In this document: positions 46,746-56,900 of the stretch, in pieces
Layout of the letters: every line of letters begins with the position of its first letter
How positions within the stretch are numbered: the stretch's first letter is position 1
From: Candidatus Fermentibacterota bacterium
Lineage (GTDB): Bacteria > JAFGKV01
Direction: 5' to 3'
Length of the DNA: 64,000 nucleotides
NCBI GenBank assembly: GCA_016928395.1
Contig: JAFGKV010000096.1
Coordinates: forward strand, 1-64,000
The notes under the pieces: generated by a model
What the model was told of the DNA's origin: nothing
Database searches by the model: none
What the model saw: the letters and a program-made list of their open reading frames with translations, nothing else
Program-made: the position numbers and the translations under genes

Positions 46746-49348
46746 CGCACCGAATTCCTTCTTCCCGCCATCGCCCGCCAAAGCTGATTCGCCATGCCTT
46801 TCCGGTTCACCTATCGCGACCTTCCGCCGGCGCGGGCGTTCTCGCCGTGGTCCTGTGCGCCGGCGCCATCGGCCTTGTGATCCATCGAACCGATGCCCGG
46901 ATGCGCGCCGATCTCCTGGATCACGCCCAAAGCATTGCCGCGGCACTCCATGTCGGCGAGATCTCGGCGCTGACCGGCACTCCCGCTGATACGGCATCCA
47001 CGGACTACTCCCGGCTGAAGGAGCAACTGGCCCGGATCCGCCAGGCCACTCCCGCGTGCCGTTTCCTCTACCTCATGGGGCGCCGGGCCGACGGCGCCGT
47101 GGTCTTCCTGGCCGATTCGGAACCTCCCGGCTCTCCTGATGAATCCCCTCCAGGCCAGGTCTATGAGGAAGCCACGGCGCTCCTCCTCAGGGCGTTCGAC
47201 ACCGGGCTCGCGGCCACGGAAGGACCGGTCACCGACCGGTGGGGACCGTGGATCAGCGGGCTGGTGCCGGCCGTTGATTCATCCACAGGCCGCGTTGTCG
47301 CCCTCGTGGGTATGGACATCGACGCCGGAGGGTGGACGAGGCGGATCCTGTGGAGCGTCGCGTTCACGATGCTCTCTGTGGTGCTCGCCGCCGGCGCTTT
47401 TCTCTTTGCTTTGGGTCTTCACCGGGCGAACCGGAGGATCCGCGAAGGACAGGAGAGACTCCAGGCCATCTTCCGCGGAACGCCGGTGGGCATGGGTATC
47501 GTGGCGAACCAGGTATTCACGGAGGTCAACGACTGGTTCTGCGAGATGATGGGCTATTCACGGGAAGAGCTTGTCATGCAACCAGCGCGCACCGTGTACC
47601 CGAGCGACGAGGAGTTCGACAGGGTCGGTAGGGAGAAGTACGCGCAGATCGCCCAGAGCGGGATCGGGGTCATCGAGACACGGTTCGTGCGAAAGGATAG
47701 GGCCACTCTGCACATCCTGCTCAGCAGCGCAACCCTCGACCGAGCGAACCTGGAACGGGGGGTCGCTTTTGCCGCCCTGGACATCACGGAACGGAAACGG
47801 GCGGAGGAGGAGCTTCGCGTCCGGGCAACCTACCTCAGCGAGCTATTTGAAGGGGCGCCCGAAGCGATCGTCGTGCTCGACAACCACGACGTGGTGCAGC
47901 GGGTGAATCGAGAGTTCACGCGACTCTTCGAGTACACGCCTGACGAGGCCATCGGTCGCAGGATCAACGACCTCATCGTCCCCGCTGACCTCAAAGATGA
48001 GGGGGCCAAGGCAACTGCCGACGTGGCAGCGGGGACCCATGTCTTGTTCGAGACGATTCGTCAATCCAAGGGCGGCACAAGGATCAATGTCTCTGTCCTG
48101 GGGAATCCGATCAGGCTGGGCGCCGACCAGCTCGGCGTGTATGGCGTCTACCGGGATATCACCGATCTGAAGAAGGCTGAGGGTGAGCGTGACCGGCTTC
48201 AGGCACAACTTCTGCAGGCTCAGAAGATGGAGGCCGTGGGGAGGCTCGCGGGGGGGGTCGCCCATGATTTCAACAACATGCTGCAGGTTATCTTGGGGCA
48301 TGTTGAGATGGCGCTGGGGCAGCTCGCGGAAACCGACCCCCTCCGCGTCGACCTTGAGGAGATCCGCCGCGCCGCCAGAAGGACCGCCGACCTGACCGGG
48401 CAGTTGTTAGCGTTTGCCCGCAAGCAGATAGTCCAACCGAAGCTGCTGGATCTGAACGAGACCATCGGAGCTATGCTGAAAATGCTCGAGCGCTTGATCG
48501 GTGAGGATATCAGGCTGACCTGGAAGCCCACGGCGCGGCGAGCCACCGTCAAGATCGATCCATCACAGGTGGACCAGATCCTCGCCAATCTCTGCGTCAA
48601 TGCCCGAGACGCGATACAGGGGATCGGAGACATCGTGATCGAGACGGATTGGGTGACGTTGGATGCAGAGTTCTGCGAGACACATCCAGGGGCGCGGCCG
48701 GGAAGCCATGTGAAGCTGTCGGTGAGTGACACCGGTCGCGGTATAGCGCCCGAGGTTCGCGATCGCCTGTTCGAGCCCTTCTTCACCACCAAGGGCGTTG
48801 GGGAGGGAACAGGGCTGGGATTGGCGACGGTGTACGGGATCGTGGAGCAGAATGGCGGCTTCGTGCGTGTGTACAGCGAGCCGGACAGAGGGACGACCTT
48901 CTCCATCTTCCTGCCTCACCAGGGCGGTGACGCTGCCGGAACTCACACCGAACTGCCCAAACCCAGGCGGGGGGTCGCGGCGGGAGAGACGGTGCTCGTG
49001 GTGGAGGACGACGCGGCAATCCTGCGCATGGGGGTGCGGATGCTGGAGGGATTGGGGTATCGGGTGCTCAGCGCGGAACACCCTAATGTCGCCCTCCGGT
49101 TGGCCGAGGCCCACGACGGACGGATTGATCTGCTGCTCACCGATCTGGTCATGCCTGAAATGACCGGGCGTGAGTTGGCGACGCGCGTCGAGAGGATGAA
49201 GCCGGGCATAGGATGCGTGTTCATGTCGGGGTACACCGCCGACGTGCTGGCCCGACGTGGCGTTCTGGACGGATCGGTGCGGTTCCTCCAGAAGCCCTTC
49301 ACCCTTGACGAGCTGGCGCTGAAGATGCGTGAGGCGCTGGAGGGGTGA
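46742..49348 (+). CDS. Membrane sensor - PAS - PAS - hybrid histidine kinase - receiver
   Basis: QKMEAVGRLAGGVAHDFNN, NARDAI, FEPFFTTK, GTGLGL, TDLVMP. Confidence 0.93.
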   Translation: MTHRIPSSRHRPPKLIRHAFPVHLSRPSAGAGVLAVVLCAGAIGLVIHRTDARMRADLLDHAQSIAAALHVGEISALTGTPADTASTDYSRLKEQLARIRQATPACRFLYLMGRRADGAVVFLADSEPPGSPDESPPGQVYEEATALLLRAFDTGLAATEGPVTDRWGPWISGLVPAVDSSTGRVVALVGMDIDAGGWTRRILWSVAFTMLSVVLAAGAFLFALGLHRANRRIREGQERLQAIFRGTPVGMGIVANQVFTEVNDWFCEMMGYSREELVMQPARTVYPSDEEFDRVGREKYAQIAQSGIGVIETRFVRKDRATLHILLSSATLDRANLERGVAFAALDITERKRAEEELRVRATYLSELFEGAPEAIVVLDNHDVVQRVNREFTRLFEYTPDEAIGRRINDLIVPADLKDEGAKATADVAAGTHVLFETIRQSKGGTRINVSVLGNPIRLGADQLGVYGVYRDITDLKKAEGERDRLQAQLLQAQKMEAVGRLAGGVAHDFNNMLQVILGHVEMALGQLAETDPLRVDLEEIRRAARRTADLTGQLLAFARKQIVQPKLLDLNETIGAMLKMLERLIGEDIRLTWKPTARRATVKIDPSQVDQILANLCVNARDAIQGIGDIVIETDWVTLDAEFCETHPGARPGSHVKLSVSDTGRGIAPEVRDRLFEPFFTTKGVGEGTGLGLATVYGIVEQNGGFVRVYSEPDRGTTFSIFLPHQGGDAAGTHTELPKPRRGVAAGETVLVVEDDAAILRMGVRMLEGLGYRVLSAEHPNVALRLAEAHDGRIDLLLTDLVMPEMTGRELATRVERMKPGIGCVFMSGYTADVLARRGVLDGSVRFLQKPFTLDELALKMREALEG

Positions 49349-49351
49349 CAA

Positions 49352-49498
49352 GGAACGCGGAGCGCGGAATGCGGAGCGCGGAATGCGGAGCGAGGAACGC
49401 GGAGCGAGGAGCGAGGAACGCGGAACGCGGAGCGAGGAGCGCGGAACGCGGAGCGCGGAACGCGGAGCGAGGAGCGCGGAACGAGGAGCGCGGAATGG
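49352..49498 (+). repeat. Heptamer tandem array, 21 units of about GGARYGM
   Basis: GGAACGC GGAGCGC GGAATGC GGAGCGA... in perfect 7-nt register; four more units at 49579-49606. Confidence 0.95.
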
Positions 49499-49505
49499 CA
49501 TGAAC

Positions 49506-49566
49506 TCCCGCAGAGACCGAGAGCTCGGAGCGCCATGATTTCCCGCAGAGACGCAGAGGCGCGGAG
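49506..49566 (+). repeat. Two copies of the TCCCGCAGAGAC... octamer-repeat arm also found before the GxxExxY gene
   Basis: 49541-49566 TCCCGCAGAGACGCAGAGGCGCGGAG matches 53401-53426 at 25/26. Confidence 0.9.
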
Positions 49567-49602
49567 AATGCAGATCTCGGAGTGCGGAGCGCGGAACGAG
49601 GA

Positions 49603-49791
49603 GTGAGAAATGAGCAGGATGAACTGAGGGAGAAAGCGAAGGCATTCGTCCTCACGAAGGTTAGACTGGCGAACCCGCTGCCTACCACCCCAGAGGGGCG
49701 ACATAAGCCCTTGGCGTCGATGGCGCGGGAGCAGGTGGCCGGACCGCGCGTCCCCGTGGCTCGGGTGACGGCTGTGGAGGAACAGATGTGA
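49603..49791 (+). pseudogene. Probable N-terminal remnant of a four-helix-bundle (23S rRNA IVP/Avd-like) protein
   Basis: QDELREKAKAFVLTKVRLANPLPTTPEGR resembles the family N-terminus (approximately DLKERTKxFALRIIxLxxxLPxTxEGR). Similarity stops after about 35 codons; judged by eye. Confidence 0.5.
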
Positions 49792-52700
49792 GCAAGAACG
49801 CCGCGATCTTGGTCGTTGACGATGATCCCGCGCTGCTGCGGGCAACCTCTGCGGTGCTTGCCTCGGCCGGACACACCGTGCATGAGGCCAGAAGCGCCGC
49901 CGAGGCGTTGGAGAAGGTGAAGACCTGTTCGCCGGACCTGGTGCTGGTGGACGTGGTCTTGCCCGATATGAGCGGCCTCGAAGTCAGTCGCCGGATCAAG
50001 GCCGATTCGTCCTTGACCGACATCATCGTGGTACTCATGTCATGCCTTCGCACCGACTCGACAAGCCAGGCCGAAGGGCTGGAGGGCGGGGCCGATGACT
50101 ACATCGCCCGCCCGGTCTCCAATCGGGAGCTTGTAGCACGGGTGCACGGCTTCCTGCGGACTAAGCGCGCGGAGGCGGCGCTGAGGGCGTCTCTGGAGCG
50201 CAGCCAGCAACAGCAGGCAGTGGTCGCTGCGGTTGCCACGTCTCCCCACCTCGCTGCGGGGGATGTGCCTGAACTCGCCCTTCAACTTACTGAGCTCGCC
50301 GCCAAGGCACTTGGCGTCGAGCGCGTAGGAGTGTGGCTGTGTGACGACGACGGAAACGAATTGCGCTGCGTGGACCTCTATGAGGACTCCGCGGGGCGTC
50401 ATTCCGCGGGCGCGGTGCTGCAACGGCATGAATACCAGAATGAGTTCGACGCCCTGAGCGCGGCGAAGTACGTGGATGCCGATGACCCGTTGACTGACCC
50501 ACGGACGGCCGGGTATGTGGCGGGATACCTGAAGCCACTGCGTATCACATCAATGCTGGATGCGGTCATCCGGAGTGCAGGGCGGATTCTCGGAACCCTC
50601 TGCTTTGAGCACGTGGAGAGGACCCACCGCTGGGAGCCGGATGAGATCGCATTCGCGTGTCAGCTCGCAGACCAGGTCGCGCTGGCAATAATGAACCAGG
50701 CGCGCAGGAAGGCGGAAGAGGCGCTGCGGGAGAGCGAGGAACGAAATCGCTCCATTGTGGCGGCATTGCCTGATCTGCTCTTCCGAATATCCGCCGACGG
50801 ACGCTTCATTGACTGTCGGGCCAATAGCCCGGAGCTATTGCTGCTCCCACCTCACCAAGTCATCGGCAGACGAATAGCGGAGATCTTGCCGCCGGACTTG
50901 GCACACCTCACCGAGAAAAGGGTGCGGGAAGCGCTCGATAGCGGACAACTGCAGGTCTATGAATACTCGCTCACCCTGGAAGGCCATGCGCACTGGTTTG
51001 AAGCTCGAATGACAACCAGTGGGGCCAACTCCGTGCTGGCGCTCATCCGCGACATCACCACACGCAAGCTGGCCGAACGGGCGCTGCGGGAATCGGCTCA
51101 GAAGTGGAACACCACCTTCGACGCCATTGGGGACTGCATGGCCCTGATGGACACCGAGCAGAACATCCTCCAATGCAACAGGGCCTTCGCCGAGTATCTG
51201 GAGAGGCCCCTCTCTGAGATCATCGGCCGGAAATGCTATAGTCTAGTCCACACCGACGGCCGACCGGCAGAAGGCTGTCCCTTCGACCGGACGCTGCACA
51301 GCAAGCGGCGCGAGACCATGGAGATGCAGGTCAACGGCCGCAGCTTCGAGGTCCTGGTGGACCCCATTCTGAGCGAGGATGGCGAGATCACCGGCATCGT
51401 TCACATCCTAGCCGAGACTACCGAGCGCACGCAGGTCATGGACGCGTTGCGACGGAGCGAGGAGCGGTATCGCACGCTGGTGGAGGGCATGGCCGAGGGC
51501 CTCATCGCGGGAGACAACGACGATCGGATTCAGTATGTCAACGCCCGGTTCTGCCAGATGATTGGGAGGGATCCCGAAGAGCTGATCGGAAAGGTCGGCT
51601 ACGAGGTCTTCGCGCCGGAGGACGAGCGGGAGTCGATCAGGGCGAAGACCCGCCTGCGGCAGCGAGGGGTCAGCGACACCTACGAAACGAGAATGACCAC
51701 TGAAGACGGAAGGGAGATCTGGGTGTCCATCTGTGGTTCGCCGGTGTACGGCCCGGATGGGGCGGTCGTCGGCTCGATCGGCCTGGTCACCGATGTTACC
51801 CAGCGCAGACTGGCCGAGGAGGAGCTGCGGGAGAGCGAGGGGCGTTTCCGGGCAGCGTTCGAAGGGTTGCATGATGCAGTCACCATCGTCACTGAAGACG
51901 GGAAGTTCCTCGACTGCAACCAGAGGGCGCTGGAGATGTTTCGCGTCGAGAGCAAGGCCCGATTTATTGCGCGGCGCCCCGCCGATTTCTCTCCTCCCTT
52001 CCAACCTGACGGGCGCGAATCCGTCACGGCATCGCGCGAGAGGCTGAGGGAGGTCCTTGAGAAGGACGGATTCGTGCGCTTCGAATGGCTGCATCAACGG
52101 GCCGACGGAGAGGCGTTCCCGGCCGAGGTGGTGCTCACCACCTATCAACGGGGGGGGCGGAGTATCATCCAGGGTGTGATCCGCGACATCACCGCCCGCC
52201 GGCGGGCGGAAGAGGAACGCGAGAAGCTTCAAGGGCAATTGCTGCATGCGCAGAAGATGGAGGCTGTCGGACTGCTGGCGGGCGGGGTGGCGCATGACTT
52301 CAACAACATGATCCAAGTCATTCTCGGGCATACGGACATGGCGTTGGGGCAGGTTGCCTCGGTGGATCCGCTGCTCGCCGATCTTGAGGAGATCCGCACG
52401 GCCGCTCAGCGGTCGGCTGCCCTCACGCGGCAGTTGTTGGCCTTCGCCCGCAAACAGATCGTGACACCCAAGGTGCTGGACCTGAACGCAACGGTCGAGG
52501 GGACACTGAAGATGCTGCGTCGGCTGATCGGCGAAGACATCGCGCTTTCGTGGAAGCCAGGAGCCGGGCTGTGGAGCGTGAAGATGGATCCATCGCAGGT
52601 GGACCAGGTTCTGGCGAACCTGTGCGTGAACGCGCGGGATGCGATCAGAGGGGTGGGCGAGGTCGCCATCGAGACGAAGAACGTCACGGTCGACGAGGCA

Positions 52701-53372
52701 TGTTGCGCGGATCGCGCTGGCTTTGTTCCGGGGTCGTACGTGCAACTTTCCGTGAGTGACGACGGGTGCGGGATGGACAAGGAGACCCTCGGGAGGGTGT
52801 TCGAGCCGTTCTTCACGACGAAGGGCGTGGGAGAGGGAACGGGGCTCGGGCTGTCGACGGTGTACGGCATCGTGAAGCAGAACGAGGGATTCATCGACGC
52901 ATACAGCGAGCCGGGAGCAGGTACGGTGATCACGATCTATCTGCCGTCGCAGGGAGAGGGAGTGCAGGAGGAGGAGCAGGAGAAGGGATCGGGGGTGCGT
53001 CGAGGCGGGGGAGAGACAGTGCTGTTGGTGGAGGACGACGGGGCGATCCTGCGGATGGGGGCGCGGATGCTGGAGGGTCTTGGGTACCGTGTGGTGACGG
53101 CGGGGACGCCGTGGGATGCCATACGGCAGGCGGAACGTGCGGGAGAGATCGACCTCTTGATCACAGACGTCGTGATGCCCGAGATGAACGGGCGTGAGCT
53201 GGCGAGGCGGATCGGCGGGATGAAGCCGGGTTTGAGATGCCTGTACATGTCGGGCTACACGGCGGATGTGATTGCACACCGGGGTGTAGTAGATGCGGGT
53301 GTGCGGTTTCTACAGAAGCCGTTCACACTGGAGGAGTTGGCGCGGAAGGTGCGCGAAGCGCTGGTGGGATGA
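49788..53372 (+). CDS. Receiver - GAF - four PAS - hybrid histidine kinase - receiver
   Basis: VDVVLP, GAF, multiple DIT/DVT PAC ends, AGGVAHDFNN, GTGLGL, TDVVMP. Confidence 0.93.
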   Translation: MSKNAAILVVDDDPALLRATSAVLASAGHTVHEARSAAEALEKVKTCSPDLVLVDVVLPDMSGLEVSRRIKADSSLTDIIVVLMSCLRTDSTSQAEGLEGGADDYIARPVSNRELVARVHGFLRTKRAEAALRASLERSQQQQAVVAAVATSPHLAAGDVPELALQLTELAAKALGVERVGVWLCDDDGNELRCVDLYEDSAGRHSAGAVLQRHEYQNEFDALSAAKYVDADDPLTDPRTAGYVAGYLKPLRITSMLDAVIRSAGRILGTLCFEHVERTHRWEPDEIAFACQLADQVALAIMNQARRKAEEALRESEERNRSIVAALPDLLFRISADGRFIDCRANSPELLLLPPHQVIGRRIAEILPPDLAHLTEKRVREALDSGQLQVYEYSLTLEGHAHWFEARMTTSGANSVLALIRDITTRKLAERALRESAQKWNTTFDAIGDCMALMDTEQNILQCNRAFAEYLERPLSEIIGRKCYSLVHTDGRPAEGCPFDRTLHSKRRETMEMQVNGRSFEVLVDPILSEDGEITGIVHILAETTERTQVMDALRRSEERYRTLVEGMAEGLIAGDNDDRIQYVNARFCQMIGRDPEELIGKVGYEVFAPEDERESIRAKTRLRQRGVSDTYETRMTTEDGREIWVSICGSPVYGPDGAVVGSIGLVTDVTQRRLAEEELRESEGRFRAAFEGLHDAVTIVTEDGKFLDCNQRALEMFRVESKARFIARRPADFSPPFQPDGRESVTASRERLREVLEKDGFVRFEWLHQRADGEAFPAEVVLTTYQRGGRSIIQGVIRDITARRRAEEEREKLQGQLLHAQKMEAVGLLAGGVAHDFNNMIQVILGHTDMALGQVASVDPLLADLEEIRTAAQRSAALTRQLLAFARKQIVTPKVLDLNATVEGTLKMLRRLIGEDIALSWKPGAGLWSVKMDPSQVDQVLANLCVNARDAIRGVGEVAIETKNVTVDEACCADRAGFVPGSYVQLSVSDDGCGMDKETLGRVFEPFFTTKGVGEGTGLGLSTVYGIVKQNEGFIDAYSEPGAGTVITIYLPSQGEGVQEEEQEKGSGVRRGGGETVLLVEDDGAILRMGARMLEGLGYRVVTAGTPWDAIRQAERAGEIDLLITDVVMPEMNGRELARRIGGMKPGLRCLYMSGYTADVIAHRGVVDAGVRFLQKPFTLEELARKVREALVG

Positions 53373-53376
53373 TGAT

Positions 53377-53427
53377 GAGCGCGGAGCTCGGAACAATGGA
53401 TCCCGCAGAGACGCAGAGGCGCAGAGA
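53377..53427 (+). repeat. Left nested inverted-repeat arm of the GxxExxY cassette
   Basis: GAGCGCGGAGCTCGGAAC (53377-53394) and ATCCCGCAGAGACGCAGAGGCGCAGAGA (53400-53427). Confidence 0.9.
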
Positions 53428-53813
53428 TGATGAATGAGAACGAGATCGGGACGATCATCGTCGAGTCGGCGATCGCGGTTCATCGAGGCTTGGGACCAGG
53501 ACTACTCGAGACGGTCTACGAGGTAGTCCTGGCGCGTGAACTGCGGGACCGTGGCTTGTCTGTTGAACGGCAGCAACCTATCGCAATCGAGTACAAGGGA
53601 ATCACGTTCGACGAGGGGTTCAGGGCTGACCTCATTGTTGAAAGACGAGTGATCGTGGAACTCAAGTCGGTCGAGCGGGTGACGGCCGCGCATGCAAGAC
53701 AGGTCCAGACCTATCTGCGGTTGACGGGATGCAGACTCGGGTATCTTCTCAACTTCGGCGAGGCGCTGATGAAAGAGGGTATCACGCGATGCGTGAATGG
53801 CCTTGCAGAGTAG
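53427..53813 (+). CDS. GxxExxY protein (PD-(D/E)XK nuclease superfamily)
   Basis: GPGLLETVY, FRADLIVE, IVELKS, QVQTYL, GYLLNFG. Confidence 0.93.
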   Translation: MMNENEIGTIIVESAIAVHRGLGPGLLETVYEVVLARELRDRGLSVERQQPIAIEYKGITFDEGFRADLIVERRVIVELKSVERVTAAHARQVQTYLRLTGCRLGYLLNFGEALMKEGITRCVNGLAE

Positions 53814-53814
53814 C

Positions 53815-53876
53815 TCTCTGCGTCTCTGCGTCTCTGCGGGATAGAGCGTATGTCTTCCGTTCCGCGCTCCGCGTTC
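53815..53876 (-). repeat. Right nested inverted-repeat arm of the GxxExxY cassette
   Basis: 53815-53842 is the reverse complement of 53400-53427 at 27/28. 53859-53876 is the reverse complement of 53377-53394 at 16/18. Confidence 0.9.
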
Positions 53877-53927
53877 GGAAGGCTCTGCACGCCATCGCTG
53901 TTCTGCGAGTATGAGGGGAGGAACGTC

Positions 53928-56900
53928 ATGACCGGGAAGAAAGGGAACACTCAGAACCGGAAGACCAAGGCGACGCCCGCCACGCCAGCCAAATCGCCCC
54001 CAGTCTCGGCGGAGACCGATCAGGCTGAACCGGGCCCGGTCCCTACGCGGCAGGCGCATTTTCCCATCGTCGGCATCGGCGCCTCGGCCGGGGGCCTGGC
54101 GGCCTTCGAAGCCTTCTTCTCCGGCATGCCCGCCGACACCGACCCCGGCATGGCCTTTGTGCTGGTGCAGCACCTGGCCCCGGACCATGAGAGCATCCTC
54201 ACTGATCTGATCCGGCGCCATACCCGCATGCAGGTCTTCCAAGTCGAGGACGGGATGGTGGTCCAGCCCAACTGCGCGTACGTCATCCCTCCAGGCAGCG
54301 ACATGGCGTTTCTGAACGGCACGCTCCAATTGATGGAACCGTCCGCCCCGCGTGGGCAGCGCCTGACGATCGACTACTTTTTTCGCTCCCTGGCCCAAGA
54401 CCAGCACGAGCGGGCCATCGGCATCGTACTTTCGGGCACGGGAAGTGACGGCACCCTGGGCGTGCGTGCGATCAAGGGCGAGGGTGGCATGGTTATGGCG
54501 CAGAACCCCGCATCCACTGAGTACGATGGCATGCCGCGCAGCGCCATTGCCACCGGCCTGGTGGACTATGAGCTGCCTCCGGCCGAGATGCCCGCCCAGC
54601 TCATCGCCTACGTAACTCATGCGTTCGGCACGCCGCCCCGGCCCTCCACAGCCACGGCGTCCGCGGTCGAGAACGACCTGAAGAAGATCTTCATCCTGCT
54701 GCGCGCCCACACCGGCCACGACTTTTCCCGGTACAAGTCGAGCATGATCAACCGCCGCATCGAGCGGCGCATGGCCGTCCACCAGATCGAAACGATGGAC
54801 GGGTATGTCAAGCATCTGCAGCATGCGCCTGAGGAGCTTGACGCACTCTTCCGGGACCTGTTGATCGGCGTGACCAGTTTCTTCCGCGATTCGGAGGCCT
54901 TCCGGGCACTCGAGGAACAGGTCATCCCAAAGCTTTTCGCCGGCAGGCCCGCGAGCTCCGTGATCCGCGTCTGGTCGCCAGGATGTTCCACCGGCGAGGA
55001 GGCCTATTCCATCGCAATCCTGCTCGCCGAACGTCAGGAGGCGATGAAACAGAGTTTCAAAGTGCAGATCTTCGCCACCGACATCAGCAGCCAGGCTATT
55101 GTCGCGGCCCGGGCCGGCCTCTATCCGGCCAGCATTGCCGCAGACCTCTCGCCGGAGCGGCTGATGCGCTTCTTCACGGCCGAGCCCGACGGTAGCGCGT
55201 ACCGAATTCACCGGGGCATCCGCGACATGCTGGTCTTTTCCGAGCAAGATGCGATCGAGAACGCACCCTTTGCGAAACTCGACCTCATCAGTTGCCGCAA
55301 TCTCCTGATCTACATGGGCGGGGACCTGCGGAGGAACCTCATACCCATGTTTCACTATGCGCTGAAGCCGGGCGGTTATCTCTTTCTGGGCACTTCCGAA
55401 ACCGCGGACGAGTTTGGCGATCTGTTTACCGCGTTAGACCGGAAATCGAAGCTATATGAGCGCAAAGAGGAGACTCACGGCACAAAGCACACGGCGATGA
55501 GGCGGTTTCTCCCGGCCATGACGGCGATAGATGTGGCGCTCCCGCGAGCCGTCGAAAAGGCCGCGAACGCTCCGAAGCTGCCGCTGCGCGAGCTGACCGA
55601 ACAGGCGCTGCTACTGCAGGGCGGGCTGGCCGGCGTACTGGTCAACTACCACGGGGACATCCTCTACCTCCACGGCCGCACCGGGCAGTACTTGGAGCCG
55701 GCCCCAGGCGAGGCTGGAACCAACAACATCCTGAAGATGGCCCGCGAAGGGTTGCGGCGCGAACTGACCGTGGCCCTCCGCAAGGCCGTGAGGACAAGAG
55801 AAGTCATTCGCTGCCCGGGCCTGCGCGTCAAGACGAATGGCGACGTTTCCACGGTCAACCTGACCGTGCGCCCGGTGGCCCCGAGCCTGGCCGCACCTGC
55901 GCAAGGCAAACCCGGCGCGGCGATTGAGACGCCCCTGTTCCTGGTCGTCCTGCAGGAGACGCGGTCGGACAAGTCGGACAAGTCAGACGCATCCGACACA
56001 CCGGACGCCAACGCGCGCATCGCGGCGCTCAAACAGGAACTACGGTCCAAGGAGGAATACCTCGATGCTACCATCGAGGAACTGGAGACCTCCAACGAAG
56101 AACTCAAATCATTCACTGTGGAGATGCAGTCGGTGAACGAGGAATTGCAATCCACCAACGAGGAGCTGGAAACATCCAAAGAGGAATTGCAGTCGGTGAA
56201 CGAGGAACTGGCCACGATCAACGCCGAACTGCAGACCAAGGTGGCCGATCTGTCGCGGGCCAACAACGACATGAACAACCTGCTGGCAGGCACCGGCATT
56301 GCCACCGTCTTCGTGGACCTGGACCTGCGCATCCTGCGCTTCACCCCCCGCGCCATTGAGATTGTTAAGCTGAGGGTGAGCGACGTGGGCAGGCCCGTGG
56401 GCCACATCGTCTCCAACTTGGTGGGCTACGATCGCCTGGCGATGGACGCGCAGGCCGTGCTGGATACTCTGACTCCCAAAGAGCTGGAGGTGCAGACCCG
56501 TGCAGGAGTGTGGTACGCGATGCGCATCCTGCCCTACCGCACGCTGGACAACGCGATTGAGGGCGCCGTGATCACGTTTGTCGACATCACCGAGACCTGG
56601 AAGATCCGGGAGGCGCTGCGGAAGGCGAACGAACTGCTCCGCCTGGCGGTTGTCGTGCGCGATGCGCACGATGCGATCACCGTGCACGACCTGGACGGCC
56701 GCATCATCGCCTGGAATCCGGGAGCGGTGAGGATGTATGGCTGGAGTGAAGCCGAGGCGTTGGCGATGAATGCCCGCGAACGGATCCCGAAAGGGCTTCG
56801 AGACCAAGCGTTGGTCAAGGCACATCAGCTCAGCCAGGCTCAGGTTCTAAAGCCGTTTCGCACAGAACGGCTCACTAGGGACGGTGCCGTCGTGGAGGTC

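Noticed and set aside
49352-49606. CRISPR array
   Set aside because: Units are contiguous 7-mers with no unique spacers, and there are no cas genes in the window
49603-49791. Diversity-generating retroelement (Avd-like remnant plus many paralogous repeats)
   Set aside because: No reverse transcriptase, and no repeat pair differing specifically at adenines was seen; paralog differences look like ordinary divergence
25185-55355. Long antisense ORFs (e.g. 25185..27362 +, 44811..46535 -, 51408..53279 -, 53502..55355 -)
   Set aside because: Shadow frames of well-supported genes in GC-rich DNA, with no recognisable motifs
56090-56230. Nucleotide repeats of the AACGAGGA type
   Set aside because: Explained by the NEEL heptad coiled coil that is standard in CheB/CheR fusions
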